50,194 nucleotides of DNA. It comes from a virus. Lineage: Duplodnaviria > Caudoviricetes. A model generated the notes under the pieces. The model did no database searches. It saw nothing but the letters and a program-made list of their open reading frames with translations, and was not told the DNA's origin. Below are positions 24,960 through 33,479 of the stretch, piece by piece (position 1 is the stretch's first letter; each line of letters begins with the position of its first letter). The stretch is from positions 1 to 50,194 of IMG/VR virus record IMGVR_UViG_3300037439_000134; one strand, given 5' to 3'. A program made the translations under genes and the position numbers.

Positions 24960-25312
24960 GCATCCTAGCGCGCCCCCAGACCACGACCGGGGCTTGGACC
25001 ACGGCCGACGTGCTACGCGTCATCGCCGACCGGGTCGGCGGCGACCAGCCGCCGACCCACGTGCAGGTCACTATCCAGCACCGCGAGGGGGACGTGGCGG
25101 CGGTGGAGCTGACCGCCAAGCAGGTCGCGATGCCGCTGCCCACCACCCGGCACGTCGGCGGGGTGTCCTGGCACCACACCAGCAAGTTGGACCGCGACGG
25201 CATGACCGTCATCGCGTTCTGCGCGGTGCAGGAGCCAGCGGCGGCGAAGCGGGACCGGCTGACCCGGGAGCTCGCCGAACTCGACGCGCAGATCGGAGCG
25301 GACCGTGGCTGA
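24956..25312 (+). CDS. Hypothetical protein
   Basis: SD GAGGT; coupled. Confidence 0.65.
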   Translation: MSILARPQTTTGAWTTADVLRVIADRVGGDQPPTHVQVTIQHREGDVAAVELTAKQVAMPLPTTRHVGGVSWHHTSKLDRDGMTVIAFCAVQEPAAAKRDRLTRELAELDAQIGADRG

Positions 25313-25598
25313 GAGCTACACGATGACCCAGGCCGACGTGGACGGCTGCCGGGAGATCCTGGCCGAGCTGGAGGGCATACAAGCCAAGACCGGCGGCTAC
25401 GCAGTCGGCAGCGTGCAAGGGCACCGGAAGTCGGCCACCGCCACGGTCCACTACCGGCTGGAGGCAGGCCCGGCCGTCACCTCCGAAGCCATCGGGTTCG
25501 TGCTGGATAACGCCGACGTGTTCGGGGCTCTGGCCAGGAAGGTCATCGCCCACTTCGAGACCCACCCGGAGCAGATCGGGGGCGCGGACCATGGCTGA
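25305..25598 (+). CDS. Hypothetical protein
   Basis: SD GGAG; GTGGCTGA overlap. Confidence 0.65.
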   Translation: MAESYTMTQADVDGCREILAELEGIQAKTGGYAVGSVQGHRKSATATVHYRLEAGPAVTSEAIGFVLDNADVFGALARKVIAHFETHPEQIGGADHG

Positions 25599-25905
25599 GC
25601 TGCACGCCAACATCGACGGCCAGATGGTGCCGCTGGCCCAGTGCGACTGGGTGTTCTCGCAGCCCTGCGGGTGCCCGTTCGGGGTGATGCTCGCGGTGCC
25701 GCCGGGGGATCCCCCCGCGGCCTACGCGGTCGAGGAGCAGGCGTGGCGGGAGTTCTTGCCACGCTCCCGGGCCCGGAAGGCGGCGAAGCTGCGCGGGGTG
25801 ACCGCCCGGCTGGCCGTCCACGCCGACCTCGACGACGAGTTCTGGCAGCAGATGCGCGACGGCTGCACGTGCGCGGAAGGGGTGAACCGCAATGCGACTG
25901 GCTGA
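25591..25905 (+). CDS. Hypothetical Cys-containing protein
   Basis: ATGGCTGA overlap; PCGCPFGV. Confidence 0.65.
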   Translation: MAELHANIDGQMVPLAQCDWVFSQPCGCPFGVMLAVPPGDPPAAYAVEEQAWREFLPRSRARKAAKLRGVTARLAVHADLDDEFWQQMRDGCTCAEGVNRNATG

Positions 25906-26437
25906 CCGGCACGCCGGCGGGCTGGCCGCCGGCGTGGTCACCGACTGGCGTCACCGGGCGCTGTGCGCCGGCGCCGACGACCCGGAGCTGTGGTATCCCA
26001 CCGGCGGCCAGTACGCCAGCGGCCCCGCCCGCGTCGCCTACAACCGGCAGGTCCAGGAAGCCAAAGCCGTCTGCCGCCGCTGCCCCGTGCGCGTGCAGTG
26101 CCTTGACTTCGCGCTGGAGCAGGGCATCGATGTCGGGATCTGGGGCGGCGCCACCGAGAACGAGCGGCGCAAGGTGCGCTACCCCAAGCCGGTGCGCGTC
26201 TGCCAGCAGTGCGGCATCAGCTACACCGGCCGTGGCGAGCAGTTCTGCTCCCACCAGTGCCACCACGCCGCCATGTCCGCCCGCACCGGCCCGTACGCGC
26301 CGGCCGACCACCGGCCGGAGTGCGGCACCCGCGCCGGCGGACGCCGGCACCGGAAACACGGCGAGCCGGTGGACGAGGCGTGCCGGCACGCCGAGAGCGC
26401 CTACCGGGCGCAACGTCGACAGGAGGCCAACGCGTGA
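25892..26437 (+). CDS. whiB: WhiB-family Fe-S transcription factor with C-terminal extensions
   Basis: DWRHRALC...AKAVCRRCPVRVQCL...GIWGGATENERR; exact start uncertain. Confidence 0.9.
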   Translation: MRLADRHAGGLAAGVVTDWRHRALCAGADDPELWYPTGGQYASGPARVAYNRQVQEAKAVCRRCPVRVQCLDFALEQGIDVGIWGGATENERRKVRYPKPVRVCQQCGISYTGRGEQFCSHQCHHAAMSARTGPYAPADHRPECGTRAGGRRHRKHGEPVDEACRHAESAYRAQRRQEANA

Positions 26438-26919
26438 ACACACACCCCGTGCACACCACCATCTGGCTACTCATCGTCGCCGCGTTCGCGGCAGCCGCCC
26501 ACACGATGGCACCCGGGCGGATCCGCCTGGCCGGCCCGTGGCGGGCCGCCCGCTGGGTGGCCGCCGGCTGGCGCTACCAGCTGGCCCGGCTCGCCGCCGA
26601 CGTGCGCGAGGCGGCCGCGCCGCGGCTGCCCGAGCTGGCGCTGGCCTACGCCGGCGGGCCGGAGCCGGCCGAGACCGCATGCCCGCAGTGCTCCGGCCGC
26701 CGCTGCTGGTATCACCGCAACGGCCTGGACTGCCCGCCGCAGCAGGCGCCGAAGATGACCGACACCCTCGGCGGGACCGGGGTGCACCAGCCGGCGGTGG
26801 TGCTGCGGCGAATCGTCCCGGGTAACTGGTCGCCGCTGTCGACGGCGGTGCGGTACCGGCTGGCGCCCACCGCCTGGTCGATCCGGCTCGGCGTGCCGAT
26901 GGCTGGAGTCCTGCCGTGA
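26434..26919 (+). CDS. Hypothetical protein with N-terminal hydrophobic segment
   Basis: SD AGGAGG; GTGA coupling. Confidence 0.6.
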   Translation: MNTHPVHTTIWLLIVAAFAAAAHTMAPGRIRLAGPWRAARWVAAGWRYQLARLAADVREAAAPRLPELALAYAGGPEPAETACPQCSGRRCWYHRNGLDCPPQQAPKMTDTLGGTGVHQPAVVLRRIVPGNWSPLSTAVRYRLAPTAWSIRLGVPMAGVLP

Positions 26920-27344
26920 GCCGGGTGCGCACGATCCGCGCCGAGCTGCTGGACTACTTCGCGGCCGGCGGCGAGGTGTACATCTCGGTCCACCGGGGGC
27001 GCTGGCGCCGACCGGTGGAGATCGCCACTACGCGGGATGAGGCGCTGACCCTGGCCGAGATGATCCGCCACGCCGAGCCGGACCAGGCCGAGGAGTTGGC
27101 CGAGCGGCTGTACCGCGCGATGGCCGAGGCGCAGCGGCAGCGGGACGCCGCCCGTGCCGAGCTGGTCACCGCCCGCCGGGACGCCGCCGCAGACGCGCTC
27201 CAGATGGCCGGCACCCAGCTGGCCACCGCCGGCCACTACCCAGCGGCGGACCTGGTGCGCGACCTGGAGGCACAGATCCGCGCCGGCACCCGTCCCGTCC
27301 CCGGCAGACCGGAGCCGGCCGGAGGTGGCAACGATGCCGCCTGA
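26916..27344 (+). CDS. Hypothetical helical protein
   Basis: Coupled; C-terminus similar to that of 36336-37652. Confidence 0.65.
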   Translation: MSRVRTIRAELLDYFAAGGEVYISVHRGRWRRPVEIATTRDEALTLAEMIRHAEPDQAEELAERLYRAMAEAQRQRDAARAELVTARRDAAADALQMAGTQLATAGHYPAADLVRDLEAQIRAGTRPVPGRPEPAGGGNDAA

Positions 27345-27675
27345 CCGTAAGCGCCCCGTACCGGATGAGCGGCAAAGGTGGACAGCCGCACGCCGCCGCG
27401 AGGTTGGGAATCAGGACGCGGTGGAGCAACGTTTCGTGGCGCGAATGGTACTGGCTCGCAAGCACCGCAACTTGACGGCTGTCCAATTGGCGCAGCGTAT
27501 TCATGAGCTGGGTGGCCCACTCTACGACCGCGCCACCATCTCCAGGATTGAGACCGGCCACCGCACCGTGACGCTGGCAGAGGCGTGGCTGATCGCGCAG
27601 GCGCTGGCTCTCCCCTTCGTGGCTATGTGCAATCCGGAGCCGATGCTCGTCGAGACCCGAGTGGAGATCCCATGA
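27334..27675 (+). CDS. XRE-family HTH protein
   Basis: ARKHRNLTAVQLAQR...ATISRIETGHRTVTLAEAWLIAQAL; SD GGAGGT. Confidence 0.82.
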   Translation: MPPDRKRPVPDERQRWTAARRREVGNQDAVEQRFVARMVLARKHRNLTAVQLAQRIHELGGPLYDRATISRIETGHRTVTLAEAWLIAQALALPFVAMCNPEPMLVETRVEIP

Positions 27676-27712
27676 CCAACCTGCGGCTAGGCCGGCTGCC
27701 CGGCTCGGTGGG

Positions 27713-27955
27713 GTGGCTGCCGTGAGCGTGAGCGCAGACGTCCCCATTGACGAGGAAGCGCTGGAAGCCGCGCGGCTCCACGTCGAAGACGTGCTGGTCG
27801 AGTGGCGCAACGCGCGGATGTTCGTCATCGCCGGAAACGGATTCGTGGTGCGCGAGAGAGACGGGTCCGACTCAACGATCATGCGGCTGTCGACCCGCGA
27901 CGGTCTACGCATCGGCATCCGGGCATACCTCGCGGCGCTGGAGGCGAAGCCGTGA
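27713..27955 (+). CDS. Hypothetical protein
   Basis: Coupled to the next ORF. Confidence 0.55.
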   Translation: MAAVSVSADVPIDEEALEAARLHVEDVLVEWRNARMFVIAGNGFVVRERDGSDSTIMRLSTRDGLRIGIRAYLAALEAKP

Positions 27956-28125
27956 ACACCACCCCGCTGGCCCTGGCCGCCGCCGCCTGCCACCGCCACG
28001 CCGACCGCTGCCCGGTGTGCTACGTGCACAACCCCGGATGCGCGGTCGGGCGGCAACTGGAGCTGAACCGGGACCGGGCCTGGCGCGACCAGGTCATCGG
28101 ACTGTCGGGAAGGGGGATGCGGTGA
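27952..28125 (+). CDS. Small Cys/His-rich protein
   Basis: SD GGAGG; CHRHADRCPVC...C. Confidence 0.55.
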   Translation: MNTTPLALAAAACHRHADRCPVCYVHNPGCAVGRQLELNRDRAWRDQVIGLSGRGMR

Positions 28126-28964
28126 GAATCGTCCGCCGAGACAACGGGCGCAACCACTGGTACCAGGACCTCGACACCGACCAGCGCGTACCCGGCGTCA
28201 CCACCATCCTGGACCAAGGCCTACCCAAGAAGGCACTCATCAACTGGGCCGGCAACGCCACCGCCGAGTACGCCATCGACAACTGGGACACGCTGACCGC
28301 GCTCGCCCCATCCGCCCGGCTGTCCAAGCTCAAAGGCGGCCGGTACGAGTCGAAGGACGCCGCCGCCAAACGCGGAACCCAGGTCCACAAGATGGGCGAA
28401 CGGCTCATCGCCGGGGAACGGGTGGTGGTGCCCGACCTGCTCCGCCCCTACGTGGACAGCTACGTCAGATTCCTGGATGAGTTCCAGCTCCGCGCCCGCT
28501 ACGTAGAGGCCGTGGTCTACTCCGAAACCCACCGCTACGTCGGAACCCTGGACATCTTCGGCGACATCATGCTGCCGGACATGCCGGAGTACGAGCACCT
28601 GCCCCGCGACGAAGACGGCTTCGTGTGTGACTGCCTGATCGACGCGAAGACCACCCGGTCGGGGATCTTCGGCGAGACCGCGCTACAGCTGGCCGGCTAC
28701 CGCTTCGCCGAGTTCATGCAGCCCGACCCGGCCGACCCGGACAGCGCGTTCGACATGCCCGTGGTGACGTGGACCGGCGCCGTGTGGATTCGCCCCAACG
28801 GCTACTCGCTGATCCCGGTGGTGGCCGGCGAACGGGAGCACAACGCGTTTCTGTACGCCCAACAGGTCGGCATCTTCGACCAGGGCGCTCGGGACCTGAT
28901 CGGCGAACCGCTCGAACCACCGACCGCATCCAGCTACGTGCTGGCGAAAGCAGACGAGACATGA
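28122..28964 (+). CDS. PD-(D/E)XK exonuclease (Cas4/RecB-like recombination nuclease)
   Basis: VPGVTTIL, RGTQVH, YVGTLD, IDAKT and LQLAGY motifs. Confidence 0.85.
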   Translation: MRIVRRDNGRNHWYQDLDTDQRVPGVTTILDQGLPKKALINWAGNATAEYAIDNWDTLTALAPSARLSKLKGGRYESKDAAAKRGTQVHKMGERLIAGERVVVPDLLRPYVDSYVRFLDEFQLRARYVEAVVYSETHRYVGTLDIFGDIMLPDMPEYEHLPRDEDGFVCDCLIDAKTTRSGIFGETALQLAGYRFAEFMQPDPADPDSAFDMPVVTWTGAVWIRPNGYSLIPVVAGEREHNAFLYAQQVGIFDQGARDLIGEPLEPPTASSYVLAKADET

Positions 28965-29737
28965 CCGAACCCACACCCGCGCTGAACGCAGCGCTCGCCA
29001 AGGTCCAGGCCGACCTGCCCAAACTGGAGCGTGACCGGACCGTCACCGTGGAGCCGAAGGACCCGAAGAAGCCGCCCTACAGCTACAGCTACGCCACCCT
29101 GGCCAACGTCACCGACGCCGTGCTTCCGCTGCTCGCCAGACACGGTCTCGCGTTCAGCGCCTTCCCCGGCGCCGGAACCGACGGCAAGATGGCGTTGCTC
29201 TACCACCTGCTACATGAGTCCGGAGAGCGCCTGTCCGGCGAGTTCCCCATCAGCGGCGAGGGTGGTATCCAGATGATCGGAGGGCGGATCACGTACGCCC
29301 GCCGCTACTGCCTCGCCGCCGTGGTCGGGGTGGCGGCCGACGAGGACGACGAGTCCAGGCTGGAGGAAGGCACGCGCGGCACCGCGCAACGTGCCGCCGC
29401 ACCACGACCGGCGGAGCGGCCGACGAAGGCCACCACACGCACCGCCCAACGCGCCAGCGCACCACCACCACCACCACCGCTACCCACCGACGGACCGGCC
29501 GGCATCACCGCACCGCAGCGGGCCAAGCTCATGGCCGGCTTCGGCCAGGTCGGCATCACCGACCGGGCCGAGCGGCTCGACATCGCCGCCAAGCTGGCAG
29601 GCCGCGACATCACCTCGGCTAATGACCTGACCCTGGATGAGGCCAAGAGGGTGATCGACGCGCTGGAGAAGGCCATCGAGTCCGGTAACCCGATGCTGGC
29701 ACTGGCCGAGGCCACGGGCGGGGGCACCGATGGGTAG
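28961..29737 (+). CDS. erf: ERF-family single-strand annealing protein
   Basis: YSYATLANV...LLHESGE...GGRITYARRYCLAAVVGVAADEDD. Confidence 0.9.
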   Translation: MTEPTPALNAALAKVQADLPKLERDRTVTVEPKDPKKPPYSYSYATLANVTDAVLPLLARHGLAFSAFPGAGTDGKMALLYHLLHESGERLSGEFPISGEGGIQMIGGRITYARRYCLAAVVGVAADEDDESRLEEGTRGTAQRAAAPRPAERPTKATTRTAQRASAPPPPPPLPTDGPAGITAPQRAKLMAGFGQVGITDRAERLDIAAKLAGRDITSANDLTLDEAKRVIDALEKAIESGNPMLALAEATGGGTDG

Positions 29738-30308
29738 CCGCGTGCTCGGGCTGGACCTGAGCCTCACCTCCACCGGCGTGGCCGCCATCACCAGCGACGG
29801 CGGCACCGTGAGCCGAATCGCCAGCAAGGCCAAGCCGGGCGCCACCTTGGCCCAGCGCGGCGCCCGCCTGGCCGACCTCGTAGAGCAGATCACCACCGAA
29901 GCCTCCGGCTGGCCCGTTCACCCGATGCCCGCCCTCGTAGTGGTCGAAGGGCCGTCGTTCGGCCAGGCACGGCAGGGCGGGCAGCACGACCGCGCCGGAC
30001 TGTGGTGGCTGGTGGTGGCTCAGCTGCTGGACTGGCATATCCCGGTTGCCGAGGTGCCGCCGGCGCTGTGCAAGAAGTACGCCACCGGCAAGGGCAACGC
30101 CGGCAAGGACGAGGTGCTCGCCGCGGTCATTCGCCGCTATCCCAGCGTGGAGGTTACCGGCAACGACCAGGCCGACGCGCTCGTGCTCGCCGCGATGGGC
30201 GCAGACCACCTCGGCGTGCCGATCGTCGACATGCCCGCCACCCACCGGACCGCGCTGGCCAAGGTCGCGTGGCCGCAGATGCCCACCAAGGACGGAGCCC
30301 CCGCATGA
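29730..30308 (+). CDS. ruvC: RuvC-like Holliday junction resolvase
   Basis: VLGLDLSLTSTGVA, VVVEGPS, KKYATGKGNAGK, DQADAL. Confidence 0.88.
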   Translation: MGSRVLGLDLSLTSTGVAAITSDGGTVSRIASKAKPGATLAQRGARLADLVEQITTEASGWPVHPMPALVVVEGPSFGQARQGGQHDRAGLWWLVVAQLLDWHIPVAEVPPALCKKYATGKGNAGKDEVLAAVIRRYPSVEVTGNDQADALVLAAMGADHLGVPIVDMPATHRTALAKVAWPQMPTKDGAPA

Positions 30309-30826
30309 CCGCCGCCAAGATCGAAGGCAAGCCCGCCGCCGCAGCAGCCGCCGGCCTCGAGCCCTGGATCCAGCCGCTCTACGCCGTCCCCAGCAAGCGG
30401 GTCATCGGCGTGGTCGAGCTGGCCCACGTCCTACGCACCCAGCCCGCCCCCGACGCCGACAAGGAGGCGGAGGTGCGGCTGCGCATCACCCACCTGGAGA
30501 TCGCCCGACCCGAACAGGAGGACGCCCTACGCCAGGCGCTGAGCGCGCTGTACGTGCACCGCACCGCCTACGGCACGCTGGACGAGGACACCGGGCAGCT
30601 GCAACTCAGCCAAGGCACCCTCGATGCCACCGCCGGCAAGCTCCACGCGCTCGAAGCCGCCCGGCTACGCGCCGCCGTCCAGCACTGGGGCACCTACGCA
30701 CGGCGGGTGCTGGGCGTCACCGAGATCACCACGGCGGAGATGCGCCACGAGCTGGACACCATCTGCGAAGGGCTCGCCTCAGCCCTGGCCACGGCCGACC
30801 GGACCGAGGACGAGGACGGGGGCTGA
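30305..30826 (+). CDS. Hypothetical protein
   Basis: SD GGAG; ATGA coupling. Confidence 0.7.
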   Translation: MTAAKIEGKPAAAAAAGLEPWIQPLYAVPSKRVIGVVELAHVLRTQPAPDADKEAEVRLRITHLEIARPEQEDALRQALSALYVHRTAYGTLDEDTGQLQLSQGTLDATAGKLHALEAARLRAAVQHWGTYARRVLGVTEITTAEMRHELDTICEGLASALATADRTEDEDGG

Positions 30827-30829
30827 GCC

Positions 30830-31081
30830 GTGACCACCTACGCCGCCGACGAGTCCGGGGCGTGCGTGTGCGCCGACTGCGCCGTGGGCGCCTACTTCGC
30901 GCTGTCCGGCTGGCAGTGCGAGGCCGACGCGTGCCGGTGCTCGTGCCGGGACCTGGACCGGGCGCGGGAGCTGGACGACCGCGACCCGGACAAGCTCGCC
31001 GTGGTCGCCGCCGAGCTGGCGGCCGAGCGGATCGGCTCACTGCGGGACCTGACCGCCGAGCGGTTCCGGGGTGGGCGATGA
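30830..31081 (+). CDS. Small Cys-rich protein
   Basis: CVCADC...CEADACRCSC; coupled to the methylase. Confidence 0.6.
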   Translation: MTTYAADESGACVCADCAVGAYFALSGWQCEADACRCSCRDLDRARELDDRDPDKLAVVAAELAAERIGSLRDLTAERFRGGR

Positions 31082-31755
31082 CGCCCCCGTACTACGAGGA
31101 CGACAAGGTCACGCTCTACTGTGGCGACTGCCGGGAGATCACTGCGTGGCTGGCCGCCGGCGTGCTGGTCACCGACCCGCCATACGGGCGCGGGTGGAAG
31201 CAAGGGCGCCATTGGGACACCGCCCACGCCGACGACCACCACCCCGGCATCACCGGCGACTCGGACACGTCCCTGCGGGACTGGGCGCTCAGCACGTGGG
31301 GCGCCCGCCCGGCCGCTGTCTTCGGTGACCCGATGCTGGCGCCGCCGACAGGAACCAAGCTTGTGGGCTTCTACCGCAAGCCACCCAACGCCGGTACACG
31401 TGGTGCCATCGGCGGGTTCCGCCGCGACGTGGAGGTGTTCTACCTGCTCGGCGGCTGGCCCGCTGGGCTCGCCGGCCGGAGTTCCATCGTGGCGACCGTG
31501 ACTGGCGGTCAAGGCGGCCCCGCCAGTCCCCAGGGGCGCTACGGCCACCCGCACACCAAGCCGCTTGACGTCATGGAGCAGCTGATCGACGCTTGCCCGC
31601 CGGGCGTGATCGCCGACCCGTTCGCCGGTTCCGGCTCCACTCTCGTGGCCGCCCGGAACCTGGGCCGCCGCGCCATCGGCGTGGAGATCGAGGAACGGTA
31701 CTGCGAGCGGGCCGCACGCCGGCTGGCTCAGGGCGTGCTGGAGGTGCCCGCATGA
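31078..31755 (+). CDS. Orphan N4-C/N6-A DNA methyltransferase (beta-class motif order)
   Basis: LYCGDC, VTDPPY, HPHTKP, DPFAGSGSTL, AIGVEIEERYC. Confidence 0.92.
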   Translation: MTPPYYEDDKVTLYCGDCREITAWLAAGVLVTDPPYGRGWKQGRHWDTAHADDHHPGITGDSDTSLRDWALSTWGARPAAVFGDPMLAPPTGTKLVGFYRKPPNAGTRGAIGGFRRDVEVFYLLGGWPAGLAGRSSIVATVTGGQGGPASPQGRYGHPHTKPLDVMEQLIDACPPGVIADPFAGSGSTLVAARNLGRRAIGVEIEERYCERAARRLAQGVLEVPA

Positions 31756-31913
31756 GGCTGCACCTGCCCCACCCGCGCCGCGCCGCCCGGCTGCGGCGGG
31801 AAGCCCAGGACCGGGCCATCATGCTGGCCGTGCGCCGGGCGCACCTGGCCGACCGCACACAGCAGACGTGGGACTGGGCGGCCGAGCTGGAGCGGCGAAG
31901 GAGGGCGCGGTGA
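31752..31913 (+). CDS. Small basic hypothetical protein
   Basis: SD GGAGGT; ATGA coupling. Confidence 0.55.
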   Translation: MRLHLPHPRRAARLRREAQDRAIMLAVRRAHLADRTQQTWDWAAELERRRRAR

Positions 31914-31956
31914 GCGGGGTGTGGGTGGGTGCCAGCCGGCGGGACGAGCGGCAGCC

Positions 31957-32132
31957 TGTGGATAGCGACACCGGTTCTCGCGCATTTCTTCAACACACAG
32001 GGGGTGGATAAAGAAACCGCAGCGTACGACTAGAAAGGTGCTCCGATCCACAGGGTTATACACAGGCTGTGCATGGCCTTGTCCACCGGAAACAGGCAGT
32101 TATCCACAAGTGAGTACACAGTTCTATCCACA
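31957..32132. promoter_or_regulatory. DnaA-box cluster (oriC-like) in a low-GC intergenic region
   Basis: TTATCCACA 32100, TTATACACA 32056, TTGTCCACC 32079, CTATCCACA 32124, CGATCCACA 32044; reverse copies TGTGGATAG 31957 and GGTGGATAA 32003. Confidence 0.8.
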
Positions 32133-32193
32133 GGTGCGCTTGGTGCCGGGGAGCACTTCTCATAACGTCGAGGTAGCACATTGGAGGTGTGGA

Positions 32194-32730
32194 ATGGGTG
32201 GCATTCAGCCGGTCAGAACCAGGTACCGCGGTACCTGGTTCGCGTCAACACTGGAGGCCGACTGGGCCGCCACCTTCGACGCACTTGGTTGGGCTTGGCA
32301 GTACGAGCCTGAGGCGTACAAGCTGCCCGGCGGCACCGCGTACCGCCCCGACTTCTACCTGCCTGCGCAGCGGGTCTGGGCCGAGGCCAAGGGGCCGCAC
32401 AACCTGCGCCTAGACAAGGCCTCGGCGATGCAGCGGGCGCTCGGCTACGACGAGTGGGACTGGGCCACCCACCTGGTAGTCATCCTGCGCGCGCCCGGCG
32501 CGGGCGACGGCGCCCAGTGGCACGGCACACGCGACGACCAGGACGTGGTGGTCGTGCGTTGCCCCGACTGCGAGCACTGCGGGTTCATGGACTACGCCGG
32601 AGCCTGGCAGTGCCGACGGCACACCACCACCGGCAGCCGCAAGTTCTGGCAGGAGGAAGGCGGACAGCTGTATCGATCCGGCGAGCTGGCTTTCACCCGG
32701 GCGCCACGCCCAAAGAGGCGGGCCGGCTGA
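32194..32730 (+). CDS. PD-(D/E)XK nuclease-like protein
   Basis: SD GGAGGT; FASTLEADWAATFD...YEPE...YRPDFYLP...WAEAKG. Confidence 0.8.
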   Translation: MGGIQPVRTRYRGTWFASTLEADWAATFDALGWAWQYEPEAYKLPGGTAYRPDFYLPAQRVWAEAKGPHNLRLDKASAMQRALGYDEWDWATHLVVILRAPGAGDGAQWHGTRDDQDVVVVRCPDCEHCGFMDYAGAWQCRRHTTTGSRKFWQEEGGQLYRSGELAFTRAPRPKRRAG

Positions 32731-33479
32731 TGCCCGTGCGGTTCCAGGTTGACCCCGACTTCTATGACCATCCCAAGGTGCTCGGCATGAGCGACGCAGC
32801 CTTCGCGCTGTGGGTTCGAGCCGGCTCGTATTCCGTGGCGAAGCTGCAAGACGGCTTCGTCCCCGATGACGCGCTGAGCTTGTTCTCGCAGACGCAGCAG
32901 GATGCGGCGGGAGAGCTGGTGCGCCGCGGGCTGTGGAAGCGAACGAGGGGCGGCTACCGGTTCCACCAGTGGGACCACAGGAACCTACTGCGAGCGCGCG
33001 TTGAATCCGACCGCGAACAGTGGCGTGAGCAGAAGCGGAGGCAGCGCGGCAACATCGTGGACCCGCAGGTCAACGGGCATGATGTCCGGGGTGGACAACA
33101 GGGTGGACAGGAGGGTGGACACTCGCCGGACTCCAGCCGGAGTCCAGACATGTCTGTGTCTACGTCTGTGTCTGTGTCTAAAAAGAAACCCCCTTCATCG
33201 GCTCCGCCGAAGGACGATGACCCGGACTTCGCCGCGTTCTGGGACGCCTACCCGCGCAAGGTCGGCAAGGGCCAGGCCCGCAAGGCTTGGCCGAAGGCGG
33301 TCAAGGCCGCCGAGCCGACGGCCATCATCGCGGGCGCCAGGCGGTACGCCCAGCAGCGCTACGGCCAGGAACCGCAGTACACCGCACACCCCGCGACCTG
33401 GCTCAATGGCGAACGGTGGACCGACCAGCCTGGCCCGGCCCAGAATGGCCAAGAACCACGCGGGTGGTGGGACAACTGA
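32730..33479 (+). CDS. Replication initiator / replisome organizer
   Basis: VDPDFYDHPKV N-domain; FAAFWDAYPRKVGK...HPATWLNGERW C-domain; internal iterons. Confidence 0.8.
   Translation: MPVRFQVDPDFYDHPKVLGMSDAAFALWVRAGSYSVAKLQDGFVPDDALSLFSQTQQDAAGELVRRGLWKRTRGGYRFHQWDHRNLLRARVESDREQWREQKRRQRGNIVDPQVNGHDVRGGQQGGQEGGHSPDSSRSPDMSVSTSVSVSKKKPPSSAPPKDDDPDFAAFWDAYPRKVGKGQARKAWPKAVKAAEPTAIIAGARRYAQQRYGQEPQYTAHPATWLNGERWTDQPGPAQNGQEPRGWWDN
33089..33188 (+). repeat. Intragenic iterons plus low-complexity/A-rich tract (putative phage ori)
   Basis: GGGTGGACA at 33089, 33101 and 33113 (12-bp period), then (GTCTGT)n-like tract and AAAAAGAAA. Confidence 0.65.

Noticed and set aside
28122-28964. Cas4-like nuclease as part of a CRISPR system
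   Set aside because: No repeat-spacer array or other cas genes; it is paired with ERF as a recombination module.
29461-29478. (CCA)n microsatellite as a phase-variation tract
   Set aside because: In-frame poly-Pro linker in ERF; triplet slippage would not shift the frame.
32038-32193. N-terminal extension of the 32038-32730 ORF with YPQV repeats
   Set aside because: The repeats are translated DnaA boxes; the strong SD supports ATG 32194.
31078-32730. Methylase plus PD-(D/E)XK nuclease as a restriction-modification pair
   Set aside because: They are separated by another gene and the DnaA-box region; both types are common as orphans in phage early regions.
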